Shown: in pieces, positions 11,677-24,920 of the stretch
Layout: each line of letters opens with the position of its first letter
How positions within the stretch are numbered: the stretch's first letter is position 1
From: Chlorokybus atmophyticus
Taxonomy: Eukaryota; Plantae; Mesostigma and Chlorokybus algae
DNA: 64,000 bases
Direction of reading: 5' to 3'
Assembly: GCA_009103225.1 (NCBI GenBank)
Contig: RHPI01002069.1
Span: forward strand, 2,628,846-2,692,845
The notes under the pieces: generated by a model
What the model saw: the letters and a program-made list of their open reading frames with translations, nothing else
What the model was told of the DNA's origin: nothing
Database searches by the model: none
Made by a program: the position numbers and the translations under genes

Positions 11677-14481
11677 ATGGCGGAGGAGGCGTCCGGCGGC
11701 AGTACCATCACAGTGACTGGTCTGTACGTGTATCCCATCAAGTCGTGCGGAGGCATCGCCCTGCACTCAGCCCAGGCAAACACACACACACTTCAATGCT
11801 ATCAACCGATGGTGTTGATGGGAGTGGTGATGTGGTTGTGTGATGATGGTGATGAGGAGTGGTGGTGATGGTGATGGTGGTGGTGGTGGTGGTGGTGGTG
11901 GTGGTGGTGTAGTAGCGCTGTGCATAAGAGACAGCATGAGGCCATGAGACCACCACCACCACCGCAGCAGCGGCCTTGATCTTGCGTTGAACGCAATGCT
12001 GAGCAAAACTCCACTGCTTGCGTTCGTATGCGTGTGTGTTTGCATGGTTGCTGTCTGTGCGTGTGTGTTTGTTCATGTGCGTGTGCGTGTGCGTGTGTGC
12101 TTGTTGCGTTATGTGTTTCTCGTTCGTGCATGTGCGTGCGTGTCTCATGCAAGATAGCGCACTCTCCCCCAGGTGCTGCGCAGCGGTCTTGCTTGGGACC
12201 GCCGCTGGGTCATCGCCACCCCACCCTCCACCCCAAACGGTAAACACAATCCCCTCACACCCCACAATCACCCACCACCACACTTCCGTCCCACACCTCA
12301 GCGCTGCCCACATGCTCACGACCCCCCTGCCCTCCCCCCCCCCCCCCCCCCNNNNNNNNNNNNNNNNNNNNNNNNNNNNNNNNNNNNNNNNNNNNNNNNN
12401 NNNNNNNNNNNNNNNNNNNNNNNNNNNNNNNNNNNNNNNNNNNNNNNNNNNNNNNNNNNNNNNNNNNNNNNNNNNNNNNNNNNNNNNNNNNNNNNNNNNN
12501 NNNNNNNNNNNNNNNNNNNNNNNNNNNNNNNNNNNNNNNNNNNNNNNNNNNNNNNNNNNNNNNNNNNNNNNNNNNNNNNNNNNNNNNNNNNNNNNNNNNN
12601 NNNNNNNNNNNNNNNNNNNNNNNNNNNNCCCCCCTATACCGACACAACATCCCCACATGCCAGGCCCCCACCGTTTCGTGACCCAGCGCACCGACCCCCG
12701 TCTGGCTCTGGTCAAGACGTCCCTGCCGGCGGAGGCGCTGCTGATGGGACCCAAGGGGTGGGGAGGGGACGCCGCGTCACTACCACCCGACGCAGCGCTA
12801 GGTGAGCGTGCGTGCGTGCTTGTGGTGTGGTGTGGTGTGGTGTGGTGTGGTCACAACTGTGCTTTGCAGTTGTGACGGCGCCTGGGATGGACACGCTGCA
12901 CGTGCCGCTCAACCCGACGCTGGCAGCAAAGGCATCAAAGGCGAGCACGCACACGCACGCGCGCACGCATGTCAGCTCACGTGCATGCGTGCTGACACAC
13001 GTAAATGAGCATGCATATGTTTGTGTGTCTCTCAGACGCATTGTCTCTCACGCGCGTGCGTGTGTGCGTGACAAACATGTACCCCACCACCATCATGACC
13101 AAACACAGCCCCACGCACACACACACACGCGCTTCACGCGCAGGTTGTGAGCGTGACTGTGTGGGGTTGGACCGGCCGCGCCGCCGACGAGGGCGACGAG
13201 GCCGCAACATGGTTCTCGCAGTACCTGCGCAGACCCGTGCGCCTCATCCGCTACGAGCCAAGTACGCGCTCGTGTTTTGTTGCACGTATGTGGTAACGTT
13301 GCCTCGCGGGTGGAGTTGAGACCAAGATCTGTCTTGCAGGTGTGGAAGAGAGGCCCGTTGAGAATGTTGTGTTGACGAGTGATGTGGCACAACAACAACA
13401 CACGGTCGGGTTTGCGGATGGCTTCCCGATCCTTGTCGCGAGCGAGGTGGGTTTGAGAGGAGATGCACGGGATGTTGTCAAGTTGTTTGTGCAATGTTGA
13501 CTGTGTCACAGTTTACACATGTGTGCGTTGACATACGCAGGCGCGCACACGCACTTGTGCCCCGCACGCACATGCGCATACTTACACGCTTGAGCATGTC
13601 ACCAGCCAACCAGTTGTCATGTCCACCCTTCTATGTTGTGTGTCGCACAGGCGTCTCTGGAAGCTCTGAACGCCCGCATGCCCGTCCCCCTCCCAATGAA
13701 CCGCTTCCGCCCCAAGTACACATCACACACCCTCACAACACCACCACCACCCTCACCGCCACCACCACCACCATCTCTCTCACCCCAGCGTGTTGTCTTC
13801 GCAGCGTCGTCGTGTCCGGTTGCGGCGCGTGGGCGGAGGACGCTTGGGCGCGCTACGTCGTGGGAAGCGAGGAGCTGGTGTTGCTGAACGTGAAGGCGTG
13901 CACGCGGTGCAAGGTGACGACCACGGACCAGGAGACGGGGGAGGTCGGGAAGGAACCGCTGCAGGTGAGAGAGATGTGCGGGTGTGTTCGTGTTCGTGTT
14001 CGTGTGCGTGTGTGCGTGCGTACTTGACAGCACGGACGTGAACTTCGTCTCACATGTGAACACGTAAGCCACTCGACCGCAAAGGAGGTGTGAGTGGTGG
14101 CGCGCATGTGCGTGTAGGCGTGTGTTTTGGAATCTTGCTGTGACACACTTCTTTCCGTATTTGCAGACATTGAGGGTGTTCAGGACTGTCGAGAAGTTGG
14201 GTTTGAAGGGGCCCGGCTACAGCGCGAAAGAGGTGAGGATAATGTTGCAAACATTGAAGCGCGATGTGTGTTGTGGTTACACGTGTTGTGGTCATACTGC
14301 ACTTGAGTGCTACCTGTCATGGTTATTGCCCGTCAACAATGATGACAGGCCAACACAATTTGAGACTTGTTTGCAGGTGTGTTTTGCCCAGAATGCTGTA
14401 GTGGACTCGATAACAGACCGCTCCAGCAACACGCACATGATTCACGTGGGGGATTCATTGACGATCCTCACGACGGCTTGA
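11677..14481 (+). CDS. MOSC domain protein (mARC-like), 10 exons, with an N gap in an intron
   Basis: VTGLYVYPIKSCGG, GLAWDRRW, FVTQRTDPRLALV, WFSQYLRRPVRL, FADGFPILVASEASLEALN, MNRFRP, VKACTRCKVTTTDQETG, VCFAQN. Confidence 0.92.
12352..12628. other. Assembly gap (N run) flanked by poly-C
   Basis: 277 N characters. Confidence 0.99.
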
Positions 14482-14888
14482 TCAACCCGACACGACAACC
14501 AAATTTTGTTCGTCGGTTGGTTGGTTGGTTGTGTGTAGGCGTGTTTGTAGTATCAGCTTGTAGCATTACCTATGCCTGTGCTTTGGTCGATGCACATCGC
14601 CATTGCTGGCATAAAAGTTTGCATTGGCGATTGGAGCGAGGATGCTTGCAGCACTAAGCCACTGGGACCTTGTGACCGCTTGCGACAATATGTATAGAGA
14701 CTGTCTAGCCAAGTGAAGTAATAGGCGCATATGCGCGTGTGTTGCAAGACGGGTGTATGTGCCGGAGCTACGCATGCACGTGTGCGCGCAAGTGCCTGCA
14801 CCTGTTTGTGTGTGACTATGGGTGTGCGTGTGTGGCATATGCGCACGCACACCCACACCTCTGCCCCATCCCATCATTCCACGAGCAT

Positions 14889-17254
14889 TCAAGACTCCGG
14901 CGTCCTATCGGTTACGTGCCATACACCCTCTCCTTTCCCAAGCCCATACTGGAACGTCTCCCCCTCCAGCGCCGAGAACGACACCTCCAGTATGTGCCAC
15001 AAGTGGGTGACCACGAGTCTCTCGCCGCGCAACTGGGACGTCCAGCGGGCGCAGAGGGAGAGGAGGGTGGATGTGGCGGAGGGGGATAGGGGACCTGAGA
15101 GAGGGGCGGGAGGATGGATGATGTGGTGGTGGTTGTTGTTGGGTTGGGTGTTGCGTGTTTCTCACCGTCAAGGACGCGGAGGAGGGAGGAGTGAATGAGA
15201 GGGTTTGAGCCCACTTGCTTCTTAGGCGCATCTGAGAAACAGATACAATAACATAGCGGCAAAACACACCCAATGTACACATATGCAGACACACGCGCGC
15301 GCACACGCACACGCGCGCGTTCACACGCACACGCACACGCACATGCGCATGCGCATGCACACATGCATGAGCGAGCAGGCATGCACACCCACATGCACAC
15401 ATGTACACGCACACGCACACGCGTGCATGCGTACGCACGAGCGCATTCTCAAGCATTATTGCAAGTACATCTCACCCGGGAACGCCGTCCAGCACCTCCT
15501 GCGCATGTCCACCACGCCGCAAGCGTCTTCGGAGCGGTCGGTGAAGAGGACAAGCAGCACGCCCGAGCGCGCCAGGGACACGCGCTCAACCTCCAACACG
15601 AGCGGACGCGACTGGCGGCTGATAGTAAACAGTGGAGACCAGGGTTGAATGGTTGTGGTTGCATGCGTCTGCGGACTTTGCACATGTGTGTGTGCATGCG
15701 CGTGCGCTTGCACATGCGTGCGTGCGTTCGTGCGTGCGTTGCATTGTAGCTCGCAGTAGGGAAACGGTTGGTGCACTGTACCATACAGATGTATGTGATA
15801 TATTATAAGTTGTGTGTGATGTATGTGCTTCTCACAGCCATCTCACTATGCCCACCGGATGTCGCGCACGGTATCAATTTCAGCTTGGACGGCTGCCGAC
15901 TCGCGGTCACCAATCCAGTTCACGCCTACGCGTGACAATGTTGCATACTGCATCAGGTTCAATGTTGTGTGTGTGTGTGTGTGTCGTCACTCTCACCTGT
16001 TGGGTGAGAAGCGTGGAAGACCGTGCAGTGGTATTTGTGCTCCGGCAGACAGTAGTGCGCTACTCCCTCCCGACACAAGACATCAGACACCTGAGAATGA
16101 CGGCGACGCGCAAGTTGTCTGCAACAGACGCACGCGTGTGGTTGTGTGTCTTTGTGGGCACGTGCGCGCGCGCTCGTGTGTGTGTGTGCGGGTGTATGTC
16201 TGTATGTATCGTTGCAGATAGTTGTACATGCGCGTGCCCACATAGACATACGCGCAATTCCAACAACATCCCACCTGACTCGCAAACTCCCTCGCGAGCC
16301 CAGTCAGCCGCCTCGCGCTCCGGTCATAACCCCCATACCGCTCGTCCCACCCGTTCACACCGTTCATACTACGACCAACATCCGGCACGCCCCAGGGGAG
16401 GACGATCAGCCGCACGGAAGGGTAAGGGAGGGCGTAGAGAGCGGGGGAGAAGGAGCGAGAGGGGTGGGGAGTTGGAGTGATGATACTCATGTCCTGGATG
16501 GGACTGGAATCACTGCTGCTAGCTGTTGCGTCAAAACTCGAGCGGACTGCCTGTGAATCAGATTATTGTTGATTGGCATCGGCAGTTGCGGTTGTCGAAC
16601 AGAATCATGCGCACGGCCTCCTCTGGTTTAACACATCACACATACAAGCACCAACGCATGTGCAGGTACATATGCATGCATGCGTACATGGTAATGCAAA
16701 AGGACGTGTGCATGTTCAAACTTACAGACCATTGGGTGTGCAATTATACATGAACGCAATCGAAATCATGTGACGGACGTTTGTGAGGTGTCGCAATGCA
16801 AGCGATAAACTCCATACTAACAACAGTCTTTACAATTGAGGTTGCAAAGTGCGACATCAAACGTTCTGATCCAGCTATATACCTCATACTTTCTATTACA
16901 GTGACATGTTTGGCATTGTGGTGAAGGCAACAGCGGACACACATGGCAGTGTTGTTCAAGATTGTGTTGTGATTTTTGTTGTTGCTATCGTCTGCACTGC
17001 CTTGCCTGTGAGTGCCTCACGAGAGGGAGCTTGCCCTTCTGCTATCTCAACCATACACCCCTGTTCCAATGGAACGACTGTTGTTCAATGAAATGTCTCA
17101 CCTTCACCCCCTCCACGTCCAGCCCCTGAGCGGCGAAGTCCCCCGCCAACCGCTCATGAAGAACCAACCTCTCTGCGTTGCCGCTGTCTTTGTGCTCCGC
17201 CGTCGCCTCCTCCTCCTCCGCCGCCGCCGCCACCGCCGCTGGCACGTGAGCCAT
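14889..17254 (-). CDS. Uncharacterised plant-type 2H-phosphoesterase-like protein (5' exons uncertain)
   Basis: Exons KYHCTVFHASHP, LEVERVSLARSGVLL, APKKQVGSNPLIHSSLLRVLD and LVVTHLWHILE carry two H-x-[T/S] motifs and recall a conserved land-plant family (YHFSMFHASH/LHTSFARLL type). Confidence 0.6.
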
Positions 17255-17639
17255 CGGCACACACGCTACACAGAATGAGGAGTAGAGACATGTTTTGGTT
17301 TAGTGGCGCGTTGTTGATGTTGTGCTTAGTATAGCTGTTAAACTGCCATTCACGCTTGCGTTCCAGAACATTGATACAACGTCGTCAATCTCTCTGTCTA
17401 TGTTGTTGTTGCAAACAAAAGCAGCGGCAGTGTGCGTGTGACAACGACTCTCCATCATCAGAACAACAGCAAAAACCAAGCAGTTGTATCAGTATATATT
17501 CCCAAGTGCATCTGTCCTACCACCAGTCGCATCCAGCCCCCCTGTCTAGCACTATCTTACACACCAGCCATACAAACCAACAGTAACTGTACACCGTGTA
17601 TATACTACACTACGCTACACAACACACCTCCCAACAAAT

Positions 17640-18416
17640 CTACACACTCGCTTCGTACTCCTCCGTCGCACACGCGTCCATCACCAACAGCCGCGGCTCC
17701 GATATTGTCACGCAGGACGCTGATGTTGATGGTGAGTCAACATTGGCAGCACGGCTCTCCAGAAGCCTTCGGCGCCGCCTAGCGCGCAGCGCAAAGTACT
17801 CCTGCGAGAGACGAGATGGTGTTGGTGGGTCTGACTGGCCTGTTTGTGGGCATGTGGATGTAGATGTCGGGTGGTGCTCGTGTACGTGCGTGCGCACATG
17901 TATGTGTATGTGGGCAGCATGCATGCATGCATACCATGTTCACCACCATCACGTGTACCTTGAGCAACTCCGTGGTTTCTTCCCCTCCATACCTCCTCAG
18001 GTCCGCAATCGACGGCGCGTACCCGTACTCCCCCCGAAACCGCTCGTTCCAGCCGCGGATATCGCCCCCGAGCTCGCTGATCCTCTCCCACTCTGACGCC
18101 CTCTCGTCATCACCGACGCACAACCCGACGTAATCAACGCCCGCTCCTTGCTGCCTCCTCGAAGGCGAGACAACACGATGGACTTGCTGCTGTTGTGGTC
18201 GTGGTTGTTTTGTCTGGGAATCAGTCTCTGAACCATTCAAAGCCTGAGCCCGCTGTTGGATATCCAGCGTGAAGAGGGATTTCCGGCCTCCGCCTCGTGA
18301 TGTCGAGGGTGGTGAGGTGGGGATGCCGGTGATGTGGAGGATGTCGATGGTATCGGTGAGGTGCGGGTAGCGCCGCTGAAGCCACCACTCCTTGAAACCT
18401 CGCCGCTGTACCAGCA

Positions 18417-18466
<50 letters not shown>

Positions 18467-19769
18467 TACTAACATTGGTGATGGAATAGTACATATGAAC
18501 AGGCAGTTGCAAATACGCATGCGCGTGCGTGCGCATGCGTGTGTGTGCATGTGCCCGCGTGTGTGTGTGCGTGCGCATGCATGTCCGTGTGTCTTAAGTG
18601 ATTGAGCGTCTCTGTACGTGCATGCGTGCATGCAGTTGTGCGTGCGTGTGTGAGTTTGCGCATGTGCACGTACACACGTATGCTTGCGCGTGCACATTCG
18701 CACGCACGCATTTGCGTGCACGCGCACACAGGCATACATGTCACATCCCATGCATCGGCTCACCTGCCATGAGCGTTGGTTGGCATCGGCGATGAGCTGC
18801 CGCGTGGTCGGCTTGATCTCTTTCCCCTTGTGCGCAGCGCTCTGCCGCCGCCGCGTCTCCTCACTCGCCTGCAAGCAACGTGGCGCCCCTTGTTGTCGTG
18901 TTCTCACTATCCCACACAACAGAGAGAAAGAGAGACGCATGTAGCTTCACCACACCGACAGTTGTCTCACCCTCGTGCCCGTCTTCGTCACGGACGAGCG
19001 CGCCCGCGCCTCCGGCGTCATGCTCACACCTGCACACACACACAAACACATGCACACTTGTGAGTGGGTGAGACAAAGTCACACAACTGCTTTGCAACAG
19101 TCACCTTTGTTCCATGCCGTTCGGCCTCTGAGTGCCCCGCACACGCGCGAGCGGAAGTCGGCCTGCTGCCACTTGGCGCGCATCGACGCAGCGAGACGCA
19201 GACGCGCCTGGTCGGGCGTGTGTGGGAGGGTGGGTGAGGATGGGTGGATGTGCGCATGTATCTTTCCGTCTGCGTGCGTGCGTGCGTGCGTGTGTGCATG
19301 CGCTTGAGTTGTTGCATGCATGCATTTATGCGTGTGCATGTGAGTGTGTCACAGCGTGTGCTTCTGCGCGCGCGCGTGTGTCCTATGTAGTGTTTGTGTT
19401 TGTGCATTCTGTCTTGATACTACACCGTTGCATGCTGCTTACTTCTGCACTCATGCCTTGGCGGCGGCGCCGGCCACCATCACTGCTGCTGCTGCTGCTG
19501 CTGCTGCTGGCAGTGGGGGCGGCTGCATGCTTACTGCGTTCTTTCTTGCCGCCATTGCTGCCTGTCGCCGCATGCTCACGTTTCGCATCCTCCTCCTTGA
19601 CAACCACACTGCTGCTGCTGCTGCAACTCGGCTCCTGCTTTTGTGGAGCTTCAACACCATAGCAACCCTGAACTTTCAACAGGCGCTGAGAAAAACGAGT
19701 GACGCTGCGCTCCTGCTTAAGGACGATGACGCTCACTCCGACGCCGACGCCGCCGACGCGCAGCGCCAT
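17640..19769 (-). CDS. NUMOD3-motif (nuclease-associated modular domain) protein
   Basis: Spliced GMSAE|ARLRLAASMRAKWQQADFRSRVCGALRGRTAWNKG, ASEETRRRQSAAHKGKEIKPTTRQLIADANQRSWQ and IRGWNERFRGEYGYAPSIADL, with canonical splice sites. Confidence 0.6.
18420..18462. repeat. (GA)n microsatellite (intronic)
   Basis: Uninterrupted AG dinucleotide run. Confidence 0.95.
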
Positions 19770-20090
19770 GTCCCTCGCCGCCCCCCGCCACGTGTCGACC
19801 ACCAGGAACGCCTTTACACCGTGGCGCCTACTCACAACGAAAGCCGCACAACATATTGCTCGCTCATGTGACCCGCACCCAACACACTAACAGCAAGTTG
19901 GGATGTGTGCGTTTGTGAGCGCGCGTTGTGCGGCACGAGCACAAGCCTCTGTGCGATGACGCACAAAGAGTGAACTGTATGTATGCTTACACCAGGCCGG
20001 ACCAGGCCAAGCTAGACCAGGCCAGGCCGGGGCGGCGGCGACGGGCGGCTCATCGGCGTCACTGGCATTGTCGTTGTTGCTGGCGTCGTC

Positions 20091-22132
20091 ATGGCGGTAG
20101 CTAATCCGCCTGCGTTTCAGGAGGCGGCGGCCTGCCAGCAGTGCGGAGCGGGCTTCTCGGTGTTCCGACGCAAGGTTGTGCCTAGATTGATGCTTCAGTA
20201 TGTTCTTTTTGCTAATTGTGGAATCTTGTAGCTGTCCTCGCTTCATCACAAACACTAATCGCGAATAACAAAGTACTCCCTGCACTGCGCAACACCCAAA
20301 TTTGCGGAGGTTTCTCCGTCCGTTACACCATGTTTGGCGTTTGTTCAATCACACAGCAATTCCGACTGTCAAAAATATCCTGAGGAGGGAGGGAGGGAGA
20401 GAGACGAGAGCAAAACAAACTCACTACTTGCATAAGCTAACCTGTTGCACTGCAGCACCATTGCCGTGCGTGCGGGCGCAGTTTCTGCAACGAGCACTCG
20501 TCCAAGACAAAGGCAAGCGGCAACACAGATAGAATATGCGTGTATGCATGCGTGTGTGCACGTCTATGTGTGTGTGTGCGCGTGTGTATATGCATGCGCA
20601 TGAGCGTGTGTATGTGCATGGCTATGATTACATGGTTGTCAACAATTGCACGCGTACAGGCGTTGCCCCAGTTCGGGCTTACAACTCCCGTGCGAGTCTG
20701 CGATGAGTGCTTTGTAGCTACACCTGTACAAAGGTTTGTGCGCTCGTTTGTGTGCGTGCCCTCACTCATGTGCATGTACAAGTATCCATGATTATTGTCA
20801 CATTACATGACCACAACAGAAGTCAACTCCAATGACACACTTGTACTTCAACTTCTTCAGATCAACGTCCTACAACAATGCTAATGCCACAAGCAGCGGT
20901 CCACAGCGTGCATTGCCCAACGCAACACCACCGTCGTTATCATCCAACACGGTCGAGGATACCGACAATGTCATGGATATCGCCGACATCGCTCCCCGGC
21001 AGGCGACAGCGATATCGCCCCCACCCCCGCCGATAAACTGCACGTGCCACATGCCGCTGTGCATATGCCCACAAGAAGAGGACAAACAGGAAGAGAAGCA
21101 GCAGAGAGAGGAGGAGAGGAGGAAAACCGTAAGCATACTCTTGTTGTTGCTGCTGTTGTTGATGTTGCTGTTGTCGTTGTATTCTCTAAGTCGAGCACTA
21201 ACTTCACCGCAGGTTACTGTTCACAAGCCTTCCAACAACACTGTCACACCTGCCAACGCCAAGCCAAAGCCTCCTGCTTCGCAGCACGCAACAGCAGCCA
21301 GCAGCAGCAGCAGCAACAACAACAGCAGTCTGCCAAGCCTGTTCTTTACAGGCGGCACAACAGGTGGGAGGGAGAGAGACAGAGACGCTTGTGTGTGGGT
21401 TTGTGTCTGTGGCATGAGTGGTGAAGTAGTTGTTGTGTATACAGTGCCGGTGACGGAGGGGCGGACTGATTATGAGGTCTCGGGTGAGGGCGCGAGGGAA
21501 GCGATCAAAGAGAAGGATCTTGCGGGGTTGCAGAGGCTTCTGACACAGGCAAGCACACAACACAAATGCACATCGTGTGGGGTTGATGAAGGAGAGTGGG
21601 TGTGTACATAACAGCCCTGTGGAGTGCCTGTGTAAAGGAGGGTATTGACTTGACAGATTTGCTGATAGAACTGTGTGTTGGCCGTTCCAGGGAGTTGACC
21701 CGAATTACAAAGACAGGCAGGGCATGTCGCTGCTGCACGTGGTAATGTGCAGTGCCTTTGACACAACAATGCACATGTGCACTCGCTGTTACTGTTGGAA
21801 AAACAGCCAGCATGTGAGTGATACTCCTTATAGCTTATGCAACCTTGATCATGCAGGCAGCGGTGTTCAACTATTCAGTTATCGCACTCGCATTGATTGA
21901 TGCCGGCGCAGACATTACATCCAAAAACACACAAGGTAAGGGGCAAGCTTGCTTCTGCGTGCCATGTGAAGTGCCTATGCTTTGCAAGCGTGACATGTTA
22001 AGGGGTTGAAACACAGTGCCTGTGAGTTCATGATCATCATATTTGCGTGTGTGTATAGGGGAAACCCCGTTGGAGTGTGCACCCGCTACCCTAAGTCGAT
22101 TGATGCAGCAGCATTCATCTGCTGCAAAATAG
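20091..22132 (+). CDS. FYVE zinc finger + ankyrin repeat protein (plant family, often annotated VPS27-like)
   Basis: MAVANPPAFQEAAACQQCGAGFSVFRRK|HHCRACGRSFCNEHSSKTK|ALPQFGLTTPVRVCDEC, CTCHMPLCIC, DYEVSGEGAREAIK, GVDPNYKDRQGMSLLH, AAVFN, GETPLECAPATL. Confidence 0.9.
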
Positions 22133-22499
22133 GCAAGCAAGGCAGGCAATTGCGTCGGCCACATGTCTGTATCTGTAACAAAGTGTACACGTTGTATGGA
22201 ATCTGTCGCTCTTCTTATTCTGGTTGCTCTCTTTCAGTTGCACACATGCTCAATGCAGTTGGTTGGTGGTGTAGTCACATTGACGTGTTTCAGCCACGAG
22301 GCATGGCAATCTTGGTGGCAAATTGAACAGCTTGAACGCAAACTTCACATTGCGTTTGCACGAGTACGCAACTTGCATGACCGCGTGCGCTCATGCGCGC
22401 GTATGTAGCACACTACTGTATATTAAAAAGGAAACACGGGCAAGGGTCCAGCAACATGACCATGCCAAACCAGATCACGTATACTGCCGCTAGTGCGCT

Positions 22500-22960
22500 A
22501 GCGCACGTACACACACGTCAATCACTATACACATGTCACACACTAGCCCCCTCACGACGCGCCAGCGAGGACAGCGTCCTCCTCCGCGGTGGCGGGCACC
22601 GTCCGCAGCGGCGCCCAGCCCGGGACCGCTGCCACCACTGCTGCTCCGCGTTCCAACAGCGCCAGACCTTGCTCGCTCGTTGTATCGCACACGCCACCGT
22701 TTGCCTGTCCATGGCAACAAAGCCGCTCAAGCGCCCCAGTGCCAGGCCACGCAGGTACACCGCCCGTTTGGCGCACGTGGCGATGAGCGCGTTGAACGCT
22801 CCTCCGAGCAACCCGTGGGTTTCGGCCGCCAGTGGGATGAACTTGTCCGCCGGCGGGTGGTCATTGTACTTGCGGCGCTTCGCCTGCTCCGCCTCCTTCG
22901 CCGCCGCCCCGGGTCTGGGCCCTGCGTATGTTGATGTGAAAAAGGGTGACCATGTGGGTG
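22500..22960 (-). mobile_element. 3' fragment of a non-LTR retrotransposon with restriction-like endonuclease (CRE/R2-like clade)
   Basis: GAAAKEAEQAKRRKY..FIPLAAETHGLLG..FNALI..VACAIQRA matches the RLE C-terminus pattern. No RT upstream. Confidence 0.65.
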
Positions 22961-23299
22961 TGTGCGCGCGCACAACATGCAAATACGCACTCACACTCTC
23001 TCAGCGCTGCGCACACACAGGAAGAGAGACCATGCGCGTATGTGTGCACCCGTGTGAGTGCATAGGGTAAATACCGCAATTGCCACTTGGATATGCACAC
23101 TCAGTGCATGCTGCAATGGCCCTTTAGACCTGGACACACCCGTAGGGTAAGCAGGGCGGGCCGGGCAATCCAACAACAACCAATCTCAGTCCCGTAACCA
23201 ACTCACCTACAGCTCAAGTGCCATGTGTGCTATTCAAATGCAGCAACAGGCAGGCCCAAGGACGCACCTCTGCCATTCATTGACAATGCAATGGTTCAA

Positions 23300-24463
23300 C
23301 AATGCAAGCTATATCGCCGGCCCATTTCACGTAGCAGTGTACGTCGCTGCCAATTGCAGCGGTGTACTAGGATGCGCACAGCCCGACACTTCAAACTTTC
23401 CCCGCCGGTGACATGCGGCCATGTCAGCAGTTGTTCAGTGCTCATCCGCGCTGTGTGGCAGCGCGCCGGGGTCGCCGGCGGCGAGGTACGTTAGGCCGTT
23501 GTTAAGCAACACACCCACAATGCTACGCCGGAAATCTGTGCTAAAGTTGTGGCGAGCGACAGCCCAGTCCTGTACGCCGCTGTCACGACCTCTTGTAAAA
23601 AGGGGTCTCTCTGCAGCTACTGAGCTACCCAAAATGAGGAGCTGCACTGTCGCTGTCGTGCGGAGCCTCCAGGCGCGGTGCATGCATGCACAACAGCTGC
23701 GTTCGGCCGGTCGCTATGCAACTCAGCTTTTCCTGTCGCCACCATTGCCTCAGTGGCACCTGCCGACAGGCACCCGCTGCAGTGCTAGCCAAGCTGGTGG
23801 TTGTGTAGGCCTATCCAGCGCCTCATTAGCAACGTATGTACTTTGAGTGCTTGTTTTGCTTGCGTTGTGGCGTTCGTGTTGCGTCACTGTTTTGATGCTA
23901 GTGCGCGCCTGCATATTAAGGAGCAGTTGAAGGTGCTTGGGGACGAGCATTGGGGGATCCTCGTCGACATGTGCTTTGGAAGCGCCAAGGATGATTCCGC
24001 CCTCGCAGACATGTGTATAGCATTGGCGATGCTCACAAAAGACCGCAACTTGTTCAAGCGGGAGTGTGCGCTACCAAAAGAGCTGGCAGCAGCTGTGTGT
24101 GCCAAGACAGTATACAAGCGCGAGAACCAGCAAGGTGAGGAAGTCTTGCTTCTCGTGGCCCGCAAGCCGCCGGCCCGTCGACCGTCGGCGTTTGGAGAGT
24201 TCTTCCGGTTCTGCAACTTCCGTCGGCGTTTGAGAGCCGTCGTCGTGTTGGCGATGACGATGCACAGCCGGCTCCGTCCGGCCCTTCCTTACCCCCCGAG
24301 AACTGTGGCCACGGGCCACGCAGTGCTGGCGGCAATGCCGGCACTGACGACGACGACGGTGGCGAAGCTCTGCGGTGTGCCAGCTCTGAGTGTGTGCGAC
24401 AGCAGCGCCACGTTCACGCCCAGACTGGCCAGGCTGACCAGGATGCAGCGCAGGCGGCCATGA
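23300..24463 (+). pseudogene. Unidentified decayed ORF (probably TE-derived)
   Basis: The 220-aa open frame 23801-24463 has protein-like composition and is preceded by frameshifted or stop-interrupted frames. No motif recognised. Confidence 0.3.
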
Positions 24464-24499
24464 GGCTGAGCGGCGGCGGCCGGCAACCGCCAGAGCCAC

Positions 24500-24920
24500 G
24501 GTGTTGCTAGGCAAGTCAGTGCACACCGCACTGCACAGCTTGTCTACATTGACAAACGCAGGTACAAGCACACGTACATGCTCGTGTGCACACAAGCGTG
24601 CTTATGCACTCGTTCTCACCCACACCCGCGCAAAGCATTGCACGCGTGCACGCAGATGCAAGTTGTTTCAGACACACACATACACATACATGTGCACGCA
24701 GATCATGACACATGTGCACACAGAAGCGCGCGCACACACTGACTTACACACGTGCACACACACGCACAGCACTGCACACTAGGCCTACATTTAATGACAC
24801 ACACAATGGCACACACTGCGCATTGCACAAGCGTGTGCACACTCGTGCTCACCCACACTAACACCCACACACGTGCAATGCACTGCACGCGCGCACGCAA
24901 ATGCACACGCTGACGCACAC
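24500..24920. repeat. GCACAC/CA-rich low-complexity tract
   Basis: Dense imperfect (CA)n/GCAC repeats. Confidence 0.8.

Noticed and set aside
9800-20800. Many 60-280 aa ORFs rich in C/V/H/T/A/R
   Set aside because: They are translations of intronic (CA)n/(GT)n/GCAC microsatellites or span the N gap.
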